A stretch of 64,000 nucleotides of DNA from NCBI GenBank assembly GCA_043812495.1, contig JBDRMG010000047.1:43771-107770 (forward strand). The letters run 5' to 3'. The notes beneath the pieces are model-generated. The model saw only the letters and a list, made by a program, of their open reading frames with translations, did not search any database and was not told the DNA's origin. This document shows, in pieces, positions 31,701 through 42,411 of this stretch. Position 1 is the stretch's first letter; each line of letters begins with the position of its first letter. The stretch comes from Candidatus Omnitrophota bacterium (lineage in GTDB: Bacteria > Omnitrophota > Gorgyraeia > Zapsychrales > JBDRMG01). Position numbers and translations under genes: made by a program.

Positions 31701-33032
31701 ATGGATTCCCTAAAACCAAAACCCGAAGAGTTAGAACATTTAAGCATTGAGTCTTTGGGCCCAGCCGCCATCCCGTCGCCTTTATTAAAAAACAAAGACC
31801 ATTTTAAAAATGATACAGCCAAGGTCTTGGTTTTCTCGGAAATGCAAAGACTCGGCGAATACCAAAAAAGCGGCAAAAAATTACCCGCGTTTGAAATTGC
31901 CGGTCCCCAAGCGAAGATCTTTTTTGATCCCAAGAAGATCGCCTGCGGCATTGTTACGTGCGGCGGTTTGTGTCCGGGTCTCAATGATGTCATTCGTACC
32001 GTGGCCTTGTCGCTTCTTTGGCAATACGGAGTCAAAAAAGTTTTGGGTTTTCGTTACGGCTACAACGGTCTGTCCAAAGATCCTTTTATGCCGCCTTTGG
32101 AAATTACCCCCAAGGTTGTCGACGAAATTCAGCACGAAGGCGGGACAATTCTGGGAAGTTCGCGGGGGCCCGTGGAGCCGTCCGAAATGGTCGATACGCT
32201 TGAAAAAAATAAAATAAACATTCTCTTTGCTATCGGCGGAGACGGAACGTTTAGAGGGGCTCACACTATCTGTGAGGAAATCAAGAGACGAAAAGTTCCC
32301 CTAGCCGTGATAGGTATTCCCAAGACCATTGACAATGATATTTACGGATCCAGCCAGACATTCGGTTTTCATACCGCCGTAGGAAAGGCCCGGGAAGCGA
32401 TTTATGCGGCGCACGAAGAAGCCAAGGCCGCGTGGAACGGTATTGGCTTAGTCAAGCTCATGGGCCGGGATTCGGGCTTTATTGCCGCGCATGCCACCTT
32501 GGCCAACAGCGACGTGAATTTTTGCTTTGTTCCGGAGGTTCCTTTTTCGCTCGAAGGCGAAGACGGATTTTTGAGACTATTGGAAAAACGCCTGGAACGT
32601 AAACACCACGCCGTCATTGTTGTCTCTGAAGGCGCGGGGCAAGACCTTATCCAGAAGAAAGAGGCACCCAAGCATGACGAGTCCGGCAATATCCGCTATA
32701 AAGATATCGGCCTGTTTTTAAAAGAACATATCGAAAGCCATTTTAGAGAAAAGAAAACCCCTTTGACCCTTAAATACATTGATCCCAGCTACATGATCCG
32801 CAGTTGTCCGGCCAATGCCGAAGATTCGGCCTTTTGCCTGATGCTCGGTCAAAACGCGGTGCATGCCGGTATGAGTGGAAAGACTGACATATTTGTGGGT
32901 TTCTGGAATCAGCACTTCACGCATGTTCCATTTTCTTTGGGAATTTTAAAGAAAAAGAAATTGGACCCCTCAAGCGATTTGTGGCAGACCCTTCTGGAGA
33001 CAACCGGCCAGCAAGGCCGCTGCTGCCTGTAG
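31701..33032 (+). CDS. pfkA: ATP-dependent 6-phosphofructokinase (group X type)
   Basis: GGLCPGLN, GGTILGSSRG, IGGDGT, PKTIDND, MGRDSG, YIDPSYMIRS. Confidence 0.9.
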   Translation: MDSLKPKPEELEHLSIESLGPAAIPSPLLKNKDHFKNDTAKVLVFSEMQRLGEYQKSGKKLPAFEIAGPQAKIFFDPKKIACGIVTCGGLCPGLNDVIRTVALSLLWQYGVKKVLGFRYGYNGLSKDPFMPPLEITPKVVDEIQHEGGTILGSSRGPVEPSEMVDTLEKNKINILFAIGGDGTFRGAHTICEEIKRRKVPLAVIGIPKTIDNDIYGSSQTFGFHTAVGKAREAIYAAHEEAKAAWNGIGLVKLMGRDSGFIAAHATLANSDVNFCFVPEVPFSLEGEDGFLRLLEKRLERKHHAVIVVSEGAGQDLIQKKEAPKHDESGNIRYKDIGLFLKEHIESHFREKKTPLTLKYIDPSYMIRSCPANAEDSAFCLMLGQNAVHAGMSGKTDIFVGFWNQHFTHVPFSLGILKKKKLDPSSDLWQTLLETTGQQGRCCL

Positions 33033-33082
33033 GAAAATCAATTGACTAAAAATTTCTTTGAGAGCTTTGAGGATATTTTGAG

Positions 33083-33110
33083 TTGACAAAAATATTTTCA
33101 ATGGTATAGT
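33083..33110 (+). promoter_or_regulatory. Promoter upstream of DUF1846
   Basis: TTGACA-N16-TATAGT. Confidence 0.6.
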
Positions 33111-33121
33111 GATAATAATTT

Positions 33122-33236
33122 TATTCTACTTCGCATAAGCAATGGAAAAATAGTATATGCTTCGTAGAATATTCTCTGCCGAATAATTCTCCGAAGCCTA
33201 TACTATCTTTCTCTATTGGTAAGGCGAAGGAGAATA
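33122..33236 (+). repeat. Family F doublet repeat, copy 2
   Basis: Co-linear with 18011-18126. Confidence 0.9.
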
Positions 33237-33298
33237 GGGCAAAGAAGCTCTAAAAAAGCGTTACGCGAACATTGATGAGGAAAGCAATTGATTATTTT

Positions 33299-33336
33299 AA
33301 GGACGGCCTTTTTAATAAGGGCCGTCCTTTCTCTTC
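33299..33336 (+). terminator. Leader terminator/attenuator hairpin upstream of DUF1846
   Basis: AAGGACGGCC-TTTTTAATAAG-GGCCGTCCTT-TCTCTT. Confidence 0.55.
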
Positions 33337-33528
33337 AATGAGACCATGATTTATGGAGCAAAGCGCCCGCCAATTTTTTAAATTTTTAGCGAGGTCTCGC
33401 CAATTCGATAAAATCGAATTGACGGAACATAAGTCATAAGGTCGAATTGACCCAGCCCGCCATTGATTCAGTGGCGGGCTGGGATAAAAAAAATACAAAT
33501 ATAATATTTCATCTAATAGGACAATGAT

Positions 33529-35046
33529 ATGAAAAAAATCGGTTTTGATAATGAAAAATATTTGAAAGAGCAGGCGCAAGCCATTTTGGAGAGGGTCAAG
33601 CAGTTTGACAATAAACTCTATCTGGAGTTCGGCGGTAAGCTTTTGTTTGATTATCATGCGGCTCGTGTTTTGCCGGGATTTGACCCCAATGTCAAGATGC
33701 GGTTGTTGAAGCAGCTCAAAAATGATGCGGATATTATTTTATGTATTTATGCGGGGGATATCGAACGAAAGAAAGTCCGTGCCGATTTTGGAATTACCTA
33801 TGATGCGGATGCCTTGAAATTGATCGATGATTTAAGAGACTGGGGCATTGATGTCTGCGCGGTTGTGATTACGCGCTTTGAGAATCAACCCGCCGCGACC
33901 ATTTTCAAAAATAAATTACAACGCCAGGGCACCAAGGTCTATACGCATCCGTTTACAAAAGGATATCCGACGGATGTCGATCTGATTGTCAGCGAGCAGG
34001 GTTACGGCGCCAACGAATACATCAAAACAAAACACGGCTTGGTCATTGTGACAGGCCCCGGGCCGGGAAGCGGAAAACTCGCGACTTGCCTGTCCCAGAT
34101 TTACCATGAATATCAAAAAGGCGTCAAAGCCGGTTATGCAAAATTCGAAACATTTCCCATCTGGAACTTGCCTTTAAAACATCCGGTGAATGTCGCTTAT
34201 GAATGCGCCACGGCCGATATTAAAGATTTCAACATGATCGATTCGTTCCACTTGGAAGCTTATCATCAAACAACGGTCAACTATAACCGGGACGTCGAAG
34301 TCTTTCCGGTCTTAAAAAGAATTCTAACTAAAATCATGGGCGAGGATGCGGTTTATAAATCTCCGACGGATATGGGGGTTAATCGGGCCGGTTTTGGCAT
34401 CATTGATGATGAGGCTATTCGCGAAGCATCCAAACAGGAAGCGATCAGGCGATATTTTAAATACGGCTGCGAATATTCCATGGGTTTGGTGGATAAGGAA
34501 ACCGTTGAACGCGCAGAATTATTGATGAAGGAAATGGGCGTTGCTATCGAAAACCGAACAGTTGTAAAGCCTGCGCGAGAGGCCGCCGAACAAGCTCGAG
34601 AAAAAGGAAAAGGAAACGAAGGCATTTTCTGCGGAGCCGCCATAGAGTTGCGTGACGGAAAGATTATCACGGGGAAGAATTCGCCTCTGATGCACGCGGC
34701 CTCCAGTCTCATCCTCAATGCCCTCAAGGACCTGGCCGAAATTCCGGACAAAATCCATCTATTGTCGGAAAATATTATCGGGTCCATATCCAACCTTAAG
34801 AAAGATGTGCTCAAGGCCAAAACATTGAGTTTAGACTTAGACGAAGCCTTGATCAGCCTCAGCATCAGCGCGGCCACCAATTCCACCTCTCAGTTAGCGA
34901 TAGAAAAATTAAAGGAATTGCAGGGATGCGAGGTTCACATTACGCATGTTCCGACGCCGGGTGATGAAGCAGGCTTAAGGCGACTCGGCGTGAATCTGAC
35001 CTGTGATACCAATTTTACGTCCAAAAGTTTTTTTGAAATCTCCTAA
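33529..35046 (+). CDS. DUF1846 (UPF0371) family protein
   Basis: [53 protein letters not shown]. Confidence 0.93.
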   Translation: MKKIGFDNEKYLKEQAQAILERVKQFDNKLYLEFGGKLLFDYHAARVLPGFDPNVKMRLLKQLKNDADIILCIYAGDIERKKVRADFGITYDADALKLIDDLRDWGIDVCAVVITRFENQPAATIFKNKLQRQGTKVYTHPFTKGYPTDVDLIVSEQGYGANEYIKTKHGLVIVTGPGPGSGKLATCLSQIYHEYQKGVKAGYAKFETFPIWNLPLKHPVNVAYECATADIKDFNMIDSFHLEAYHQTTVNYNRDVEVFPVLKRILTKIMGEDAVYKSPTDMGVNRAGFGIIDDEAIREASKQEAIRRYFKYGCEYSMGLVDKETVERAELLMKEMGVAIENRTVVKPAREAAEQAREKGKGNEGIFCGAAIELRDGKIITGKNSPLMHAASSLILNALKDLAEIPDKIHLLSENIIGSISNLKKDVLKAKTLSLDLDEALISLSISAATNSTSQLAIEKLKELQGCEVHITHVPTPGDEAGLRRLGVNLTCDTNFTSKSFFEIS

Positions 35047-35269
35047 TCGACAACTGTAATGAAATATTATAATTGTATTTGCTTAATCCCCAGCCCGCCA
35101 CTGAATCAATAGCGGGCGGTGTCAATTCGGCCTTATGACTTATGTCGTCCGCCACAGAAACAATGGCGGACTCCATAAATCATGGCCTCATCGATAAGCG
35201 AAAGAGGAAGATATGCCAAGACGCAATGATATTCACAAAGTGCTTATAATCGGATCGGGACCCATTATT
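35011..35269 (+). repeat. About 258-bp direct repeat, copy 1 (DUF1846 3' end, intergenic region, carB 5' end)
   Basis: Near-identical to 37494-37751. Confidence 0.95.
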
Positions 35270-35278
35270 CAGAAGTAA
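35213..35278 (+). pseudogene. carB: Truncated carB 5' fragment
   Basis: MPRRNDIHKVLIIGSGPIIQK*; first 19 aa identical to the gene starting at 37695. Confidence 0.9.
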
Positions 35279-35771
35279 GTTATATAAATCCTGGAGAAAC
35301 GGTGAAATTTCCGGTTGTGAATCCCTTTAATTATGAAAAGTTTAAAAATGAAACAGCCACTATAGTATGTACTTTAGGAGCGTTGTTTAATAGAGTGACA
35401 ATAGTTTTGAAACCCCTGCCAGAAGTGCAAAACACCTCTACAAACGAAAAGTAAATTTATAGTATTCCCCTATGATCGGAAAATTGATCATGGCCGTTTT
35501 TCTACCTGTATACAGAGAGTCTTTCCGTTGCTCCGTATTTCTGGGCGTCCTGAGCGGAGACACCTCTCAAATTTTATAAGAGCTGTATACAAAGATGGAG
35601 TCACTCATCGAATATTTCTGCCCGTTCTGATCAAACATGCCCGTTTAATCAAGAGGATTTTTTAACATAGAAATAGCCTTTTTTAAAATTGTCACAGAGA
35701 GATGGGATAGAACTTCTTATAAAATTAAGATTTAATAGGTTTGGCATGATATTATTTGTTGTATATGTTAA

Positions 35772-36062
35772 GTGAGGAAATCATTTAGTAAAATGATTTT
35801 GGTTGTTTTATTATTTTTCAGCTTTTCTCTACAAGCTTTTGCTTCACCGAAGGATAGTCAGGAATATCTTGAACGCCAAACAATTTTTAATAATGTAACA
35901 GATTTTTTTGCTACTATTGGTGAATCAAAAGAAAAGAGAATAGTAATCAAAAGAGCAAAATGGCTAGCAAGACGAAAAGCACGTCTAAAGAAAGCCAGAG
36001 AGGAACAAAGAAAAAGTGAGATAGATGTTTTATCAATCAGTAGTATAATAAATTGGATTTAA
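35772..36062 (+). CDS. Small exported basic hypothetical protein
   Basis: Signal peptide ending AFA-S; Arg/Lys-rich helix. Confidence 0.6.
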   Translation: MRKSFSKMILVVLLFFSFSLQAFASPKDSQEYLERQTIFNNVTDFFATIGESKEKRIVIKRAKWLARRKARLKKAREEQRKSEIDVLSISSIINWI

Positions 36063-36104
36063 AGGATGTCGTTTTATCTCTTGAAAACCTAACAGTATAG
36101 ACAT

Positions 36105-37268
36105 ATGGAAGAATTCATTTTTGATTTAAGTGTTGTTCTCGTTGGTGCAGCTATTTTATCCTTCTTGGCTGTTATCTTAAAGCAACCAATAATAATTGCT
36201 TATATCGTATGCGGAGTATTGGTTGGTCCTTGGGGAATCGGTTTGATTAAACATGCCGAATTTATAGAGATGATTGCACATCTTGGAATAACATTGCTTC
36301 TTTTTCTGGCAGGGCTTTGTTTGCATCCTCAAAAACTCGTCATGTTATTTAAAAAAACCACACTTGTTACTCTCGGCAACTGTTTAGCCTCGTTTCTTAT
36401 AGCCTTTCTTTTTGCTCTCATATTCCGTTTTGGAATTATGGATAGCCTCTGCATAGGTCTTGCGTTAATGTTTTCGAGTACTATATTAACTGTCAAGTTA
36501 CTTCCCACAACGAAGTTGCACCAGCAGAGAATGGGTGCTGTTTGCATAGGTATTTTGATTATGCAGGATTTATTGGCTATATCTGTGCTTGCGTTTATTC
36601 GGTGTTTAGATGCACCTCAAGGGGTCATGATTAACTTTGGTTTACTGATTATTAAGCTTTGTGTATTTATCGGAATTTTAGTTTTATTTGAACAATTTGT
36701 ACTAAGAAAAATTATGCATAAGGTCGAACGTTTTCATGAAGCGTTATTTATATTGGGATTGGCATGGTGTTTTGGGATAGCAAGCATTTCAAACCACATG
36801 GGACTTTTTTATGAAACAGGGGCCTTTTTTGCTGGCGTCGTATTAGCTAGGCACCGAATTTCGCTATTTATATCTGAAAGCTTGAAACCGCTGAGAGATT
36901 TTTTCTTAGTACTGTTTTTCTTTACTTTGGGAGCAAGGCTCGATTTTCTGGTGATGAAAGGTATCTTGATTCCAGCGGTACTCTTAGCGACGGTATTTTT
37001 AGTTATTAAACCATGGCTATTTAAAAAGTTCTTTATATTAACTGGCGAACAGACTGCTTTTGCCAAGGAAGCTGGAATACGGCTAGGGCAATTGAGTGAA
37101 TTTTCTTTATTAGTTGCGCTTTTAGCATTTGAATTAGGCCATATAAGTAGCGGTGCATCTCAACTCATTCAACTCGTCACCATTCTTACCTTTATAGCTT
37201 CAAGCTATATTGTGGTCTTCAAATATCCTACTCCAATTGGGGCAACAGAGAATTTGATTAAGGATTGA
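36105..37268 (+). CDS. CPA2 (KefC-like) cation:proton antiporter without TrkA domain
   Basis: QP.IIAYI..G..VGP, LLLF..GL, SST, GILIMQD, GAFFAG, PLRDFF..LFF, QLSEFS. Confidence 0.9.
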   Translation: MEEFIFDLSVVLVGAAILSFLAVILKQPIIIAYIVCGVLVGPWGIGLIKHAEFIEMIAHLGITLLLFLAGLCLHPQKLVMLFKKTTLVTLGNCLASFLIAFLFALIFRFGIMDSLCIGLALMFSSTILTVKLLPTTKLHQQRMGAVCIGILIMQDLLAISVLAFIRCLDAPQGVMINFGLLIIKLCVFIGILVLFEQFVLRKIMHKVERFHEALFILGLAWCFGIASISNHMGLFYETGAFFAGVVLARHRISLFISESLKPLRDFFLVLFFFTLGARLDFLVMKGILIPAVLLATVFLVIKPWLFKKFFILTGEQTAFAKEAGIRLGQLSEFSLLVALLAFELGHISSGASQLIQLVTILTFIASSYIVVFKYPTPIGATENLIKD

Positions 37269-37493
37269 TTCTTTTCGTCAATGTCCACATATTATAGAAT
37301 GGACAACTTTAATTGATTATATATCAAACAGTTATAGTATTTTTATATAGAAAGATATGGACAAATAGGACAAAAATTACGAGGGAATTGCCTCTTTGAA
37401 AACCAAAAGTTCTTGCCATTAAGAGTAATTGTCAATATAATAACCCTACTGTAGGGTGAGAGGTTTCCCCTCATGAAATCTGAGAGGGACCCT

Positions 37494-37751
37494 AATTTTA
37501 CGTCCAAAAGTTTTTTGAAATCTCCTAATCGACAACTGTAATGAAATATTATAATTGTATTTGCTTAATCCCCAGCCCGCCACTGAATCAATAGCGGGCG
37601 GTGTCAATTCGGCTTTATGACTTATGTCGTCCGCCACAGAAACAATGGCGGACTCCATAAATCATGGCCTCATCGATAAGCGAAAGAGGAAGATATGCCA
37701 AGACGCAATGATATTCACAAAGTTCTCATTATCGGATCAGGCCCCATTATT
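37494..37751 (+). repeat. About 258-bp direct repeat, copy 2
   Basis: Near-identical to 35011-35269. Confidence 0.95.
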
Positions 37752-40700
37752 ATCGGTCAGGCCTGTGAATTTGATTATTCCGGGACCCAGGCCTGCAAGG
37801 CCCTTAAGGAAGAAGGGTATGAAGTTATTCTGGTCAATTCCAATCCCGCGACCATTATGACCGATCCGGGCATGGCCGATAAAACATATATTCAGCCTCT
37901 AACGGTTGATAGCCTTGAGAAGATTATCGAAAAAGAACGACCCGACGCGCTCCTTCCTAATTTGGGAGGACAGACAGGATTAAATCTTTCCTCTAGCCTC
38001 TACAAGGCTGGCATTTTGGATAAGTACGGCGTTCAGATTATCGGCGTTAAACCCGATGCCATCGAACGCGGTGAAGATCGCATTGCCTTTAAAGAAACCA
38101 TGAAAAAGCTTGGTATTGAGCTTCCGAAATCTGAGGCTTGTCATTCAGTTGAAGAGGCCGAGAAAATTGCCGAAATGCTCGGTTACCCCGTTGTGTTAAG
38201 ACCGGCTTATACTCTTGGCGGCACAGGTGGTGGCATGGCCTATAACGTCGAAGAGTTGCGCACAATTGTCACGCGGGGCTTAAACGCGAGCCTTGTGCGC
38301 CAGGTCTTGGTGGAAGAATCCGTACTCGGCTGGGAAGAGTTGGAGCTGGAAGTTGTGCGCGATGAGAAGAATCAAAAGATCACGGTTTGTTTTATTGAAA
38401 ATATTGATGCCATGGGCGTTCATACGGGCGATAGTTTCTGCGCGGCGCCTATGCTGACGGTTCCTAAGCCCCTTCAGAACAAGATGCAAGAGTTATCTTA
38501 CCGAATCGTTGATGCGATCGGCGTGGTGGGCGGGACCAATATCCAATTTGCCCACAATCTCAAGGATGATCGTTTGGTTGTGATCGAGATCAATCCAAGA
38601 ACATCGCGTTCTTCCGCGCTGGCCTCGAAGGCCACGGGTTTTCCAATTGCGCGGATTTCTACAAAATTAGCCGCGGGTCTGACCATGGATGAAATTCCTT
38701 ACTGGAAAGAAGGAACTCTTGAAAAATATGCCCCCAGCGGTGATTATGTGGTCATCAAGTTTGCCCGTTGGGCCTTTGAGAAATTTCCTCAAGCCAAAGA
38801 TGTTCTTGGTACGCAGATGAGGGCGGTGGGTGAGGTCATGAGTATCGGGAAAACCTTCAAAGAGGCTTTTCAGAAATCGATTCGTTCTCTTGAGATCAAT
38901 CGCTATGGTTTGGGCAGTGCCAAAAATTTCAAGCAATTGTCTTTGGATGAGCTCAAAAAAAGACTTGCCAATCCGTCGAGCGAGCGCATCTTTCTCATAT
39001 ACGAAGCCCTGCGTAAAGGCATAAATATTGAAGAGCTTTATCAAATGACGTATATCGGCCGGTGGTTTATTAAAGAGATGAAAGAGCTTGTTGACTATGA
39101 AGAAGAGATGCTTGCGTGTGGATGGAATAAGCTGTCGGACGAGAAGCTTAAGAAGGCCAAAGAATGGGGATTTGCCGATCGTTATCTCGCGAAGCTTTTT
39201 GGGATTAAGGAAAAAGACGTGAGACAGCGACGGATAAAAATCGGTAAACATGGTCGTTTTGAAGCGGTGCCGGTAAGCGGCGTGGAAAACGCGGCCTATT
39301 ATTATTCCACCTATATTGCCGAAGATTCTGTTCCCGTATCATCCAATAAGAAGATTATGATTTTAGGCGGCGGACCCAACCGTATCGGCCAGGGCATTGA
39401 ATTCGACTATACCTGCGTGCATGCGGCCTTTGCCTTGCGCGATGAAGGCTATGAATCGATTATGGTCAACTGCAATCCGGAAACGGTTTCTACGGATTAT
39501 GATACGTCCAACAAATTATACTTTGAACCTCTGACCATCGAAGACGTTCTAACGATTTATCACAAAGAAAAGCCCGAAGGCGTGATTGTCCAGTTCGGCG
39601 GTCAAACACCTTTGAATATTGCTCAGGAACTGAAAGATAACGGTGTTCAAATCCTTGGGACAAGCCCTGAAAGCATTCATTTTGCCGAAGACAGAGAACG
39701 TTTCCGCGAGAAAATGATTGAACTCAATATTCCTCAGCCGGAAAGCGGAACAGCCCGTTCGTTGGACCAGGCCATCAAGATCGCTAACAAAATAGGTTAT
39801 CCTCTGATGGTTCGGCCTTCTTATGTATTGGGCGGGCGCGGCATGGAAGTCATTTATGACGAACCCATGCTGAAGAAATATGCCCTGGAAGCGATCGAAG
39901 TGAGCCCCGATCATCCTATGCTCATCGACCGTTTTCTTGAACACGCCATCGAAACGGAAGTCGACGCCCTGTGTGACGGCCAGGAAACCTTTGTGGCCGC
40001 CGTTATGGAACACATTGAATTGGCCGGTGTCCATTCCGGCGATTCGGCTTGTTCTATTCCGACGCGTAACATCCCGGAAAAACACCTTAAGACCATAGAA
40101 GAGTATACGGTAAAGATCGCCAAGGCCTTAGGGGTCGTCGGTCTGACCAATATTCAGTATGCGATTTGCGACGACAAGGTCTATATCTTGGAAGCCAATC
40201 CCCGCGCTTCAAGAACGGTTCCGCTGGTCTCCAAAATCATGGGTGTTCCGATCGCAAGAATCGCGACCCAGCTTATGCTCGGCAAGAAGCTTAAGGACTT
40301 TCCTGAAATCAGAAATCTCAAAGCTCCCTTTTTCGGCGTTAAAGAAGCCGTTTTCCCTTTCAACATGTTTCCCGAAGTTGATCCGATTCTTGGGCCGGAG
40401 ATGAGGGCGACAGGTGAAGTGATGGGCATGGGCGATTCCTTCGGCATGGCGTTCTTCAAAGCCCAGGAATCAACCCCGGCCAAACTTCCCGTTGAAGGCA
40501 ATGTCTTATTGACGGTAACCGATAAAGATAAACAAGCCCTGCTTCCCATTGCCAAAAGAATCGAAAAATTAGGTTTCACGATTTATACTACCGAAGGAAC
40601 CGGCCGGTTTTTGGATGAAAACAAAGTTAAGAACACGCGCATCAAAAAATTACACGAAGGACGACCCAATATTTTGGATGCGATCAAAAACAATGAATTG

Positions 40701-40940
40701 CACTTGATTATCAACACGCCGATTGGCAAGGAAAGCAAATACGATGATAGCTATATCCGGATGATGGCGATTCAAAAGAAAATTCCTTATGTCACATCGA
40801 TCGCTGCAGCCGAAGCTAGCGTCGAGGGTATTGAGGCCGTTAAAAAAGGTGACATTGCCCCCAAATGCCTTCAGGACTATCATAGGTCTTCGGTTCAAAA
40901 GACGAAGAAAAAGCCTTGTCAAGCTTGCGGCGCAAAATAG
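37695..40940 (+). CDS. carB: Carbamoyl-phosphate synthase large subunit (copy 1)
   Basis: [43 protein letters not shown] domain. Confidence 0.96.
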   Translation: MPRRNDIHKVLIIGSGPIIIGQACEFDYSGTQACKALKEEGYEVILVNSNPATIMTDPGMADKTYIQPLTVDSLEKIIEKERPDALLPNLGGQTGLNLSSSLYKAGILDKYGVQIIGVKPDAIERGEDRIAFKETMKKLGIELPKSEACHSVEEAEKIAEMLGYPVVLRPAYTLGGTGGGMAYNVEELRTIVTRGLNASLVRQVLVEESVLGWEELELEVVRDEKNQKITVCFIENIDAMGVHTGDSFCAAPMLTVPKPLQNKMQELSYRIVDAIGVVGGTNIQFAHNLKDDRLVVIEINPRTSRSSALASKATGFPIARISTKLAAGLTMDEIPYWKEGTLEKYAPSGDYVVIKFARWAFEKFPQAKDVLGTQMRAVGEVMSIGKTFKEAFQKSIRSLEINRYGLGSAKNFKQLSLDELKKRLANPSSERIFLIYEALRKGINIEELYQMTYIGRWFIKEMKELVDYEEEMLACGWNKLSDEKLKKAKEWGFADRYLAKLFGIKEKDVRQRRIKIGKHGRFEAVPVSGVENAAYYYSTYIAEDSVPVSSNKKIMILGGGPNRIGQGIEFDYTCVHAAFALRDEGYESIMVNCNPETVSTDYDTSNKLYFEPLTIEDVLTIYHKEKPEGVIVQFGGQTPLNIAQELKDNGVQILGTSPESIHFAEDRERFREKMIELNIPQPESGTARSLDQAIKIANKIGYPLMVRPSYVLGGRGMEVIYDEPMLKKYALEAIEVSPDHPMLIDRFLEHAIETEVDALCDGQETFVAAVMEHIELAGVHSGDSACSIPTRNIPEKHLKTIEEYTVKIAKALGVVGLTNIQYAICDDKVYILEANPRASRTVPLVSKIMGVPIARIATQLMLGKKLKDFPEIRNLKAPFFGVKEAVFPFNMFPEVDPILGPEMRATGEVMGMGDSFGMAFFKAQESTPAKLPVEGNVLLTVTDKDKQALLPIAKRIEKLGFTIYTTEGTGRFLDENKVKNTRIKKLHEGRPNILDAIKNNELHLIINTPIGKESKYDDSYIRMMAIQKKIPYVTSIAAAEASVEGIEAVKKGDIAPKCLQDYHRSSVQKTKKKPCQACGAK

Positions 40941-40987
40941 AATTTGAAAATCATAGAGTCTTCAATGGCCTGGAGCCGAAAAGTATC

Positions 40988-41128
40988 TTGACAACCCACA
41001 AGCGTAATTGTATACTGCCTTCAGGTTAAACAAAATTTTTGCTGAACGAGCCCACGCGTGATAAGGAAAGTGATTCTGGGCGTTGAAGTCCGGCTTTACC
41101 GCCAAGGTATTGTCGGATTTTTTATTGG
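40988..41128 (+). promoter_or_regulatory. Promoter and terminator-containing leader upstream of carA
   Basis: TTGACA(40988)-N17-TATACT; GTCCGGC..TACC-GCCAA-GGTA..GTCGGAT followed by T tract. Confidence 0.6.
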
Positions 41129-41291
41129 TTCGACTCGCTTTGTCCTTCGACAAACTCAGGTTCCGCTCGCTCACCACACTCGGAAAATGAATACCACGGG
41201 CATGCCCGTGGATGGATACCGATTCTCGAAGGGTCGATCGAAGATTGAAAAGAAATTAATCAGGGACCACGGGCATGCCCGTGGGGATCCA
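41129..41291. repeat. Nested TTCGAC-type repeat and paired D hairpins
   Basis: TTCGACTCGCT[..CCTTCGACAAACTCAGG..]TCGCTCACC; ACCACGGGCATGCCCGTGG at 41193 and 41266. Confidence 0.8.
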
Positions 41292-41307
41292 GGGAAAAAA
41301 TAGAACG

Positions 41308-42405
41308 ATGAAACAAGCCATCCTATATTTTGAGAACGACGCAAGTTTTTTGGGCCGTTCCTTAGGCGTCACCGGCGAATCGGCCGGCGAAGTTGTATTT
41401 AATACCGCTATGACCGGTTATCAAGAAATCCTCACGGATCCCTCCTATGCCGGTCAGATTGTGACGATGACCTATCCTTTGATCGGCAATTACGGCGTCA
41501 ATCCGGAGGATGTCGAGTCCAATAAGATCCACGTCAAGGGTTTTGTAGCCAAAGAATTCTGCAAACGCCATTCCAATTTCCGCGCAACCCAAAGCCTGAT
41601 CGATTATCTGAATGAAAATAAAATTATGGCCATCGAAGGCGTGGATACGCGTGCCATCACCAAATTACTGCGTACTCAAGGGGCCATGAAAGGCATCATC
41701 TCGACGGAAGATCTTGATAAGAAAAGCCTGGCCAAAAAACTAAAGAAAATTCCAGATATGGTTGGTTGTGATCTTGTTAAGGATGTGACGACCAAAGAAA
41801 AATATATCTGGGACGGACGCAAAGATTATGCCTTTAAAGTGGCGGCCATTGATTGCGGAATTAAGTTTAATATCCTTCGCATCCTCGCGCAGCTCGGCTG
41901 CCAAGTTCATGTTTTTCCGGCGCAGTCGTCTTTTGATGACATCATGGCGGTTGAGCCAGACGGCTTGTTTTTGTCCAATGGTCCGGGTGATCCGGCGCCT
42001 GTGACCTATGTCATCGAGACGGTTAAAAAATGCCTCGGTGTTTTACCGATATTCGGAATCTGCTTAGGCCATCAAATTTTGGGCCTAGCCCTTGGGGGAA
42101 AAACATATAAGTTAAAGTTCGGCCATCACGGCGCGAATCATCCGGCCAAGGATCTTTTGCGCCAGCGCATCGGCATCACGTCGCAAAATCATAGCTTTTG
42201 TGTGGATTTCGAAAGCTTAGGAAAAGACAATGTCGAAGTCACGCACATGAATTTGAATGACCAGACCGTCGAAGGTTTGCGGCATAAGAAATATCCGCTC
42301 TATTCCGTGCAATATCATCCGGAGGCGGCACCGGGACCGCATGACGCGCAGTATTTGTTTGAAGATTTTATTGAATTGATGAAAAGTCATAAGAAAAAAA
42401 AGTAA
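41308..42405 (+). CDS. carA: Carbamoyl-phosphate synthase small subunit
   Basis: GEVVFNTAMTGYQE, SNGPGDP, GICLGHQ, QYHPEA; start moved to ATG 41308. Confidence 0.97.
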   Translation: MKQAILYFENDASFLGRSLGVTGESAGEVVFNTAMTGYQEILTDPSYAGQIVTMTYPLIGNYGVNPEDVESNKIHVKGFVAKEFCKRHSNFRATQSLIDYLNENKIMAIEGVDTRAITKLLRTQGAMKGIISTEDLDKKSLAKKLKKIPDMVGCDLVKDVTTKEKYIWDGRKDYAFKVAAIDCGIKFNILRILAQLGCQVHVFPAQSSFDDIMAVEPDGLFLSNGPGDPAPVTYVIETVKKCLGVLPIFGICLGHQILGLALGGKTYKLKFGHHGANHPAKDLLRQRIGITSQNHSFCVDFESLGKDNVEVTHMNLNDQTVEGLRHKKYPLYSVQYHPEAAPGPHDAQYLFEDFIELMKSHKKKK

Positions 42406-42411
42406 GAAACA

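Noticed and set aside
37445-37493. Possible riboswitch fragment after a promoter-like sequence
   Set aside because: Only short hairpins with no recognisable consensus, truncated by the duplication boundary.
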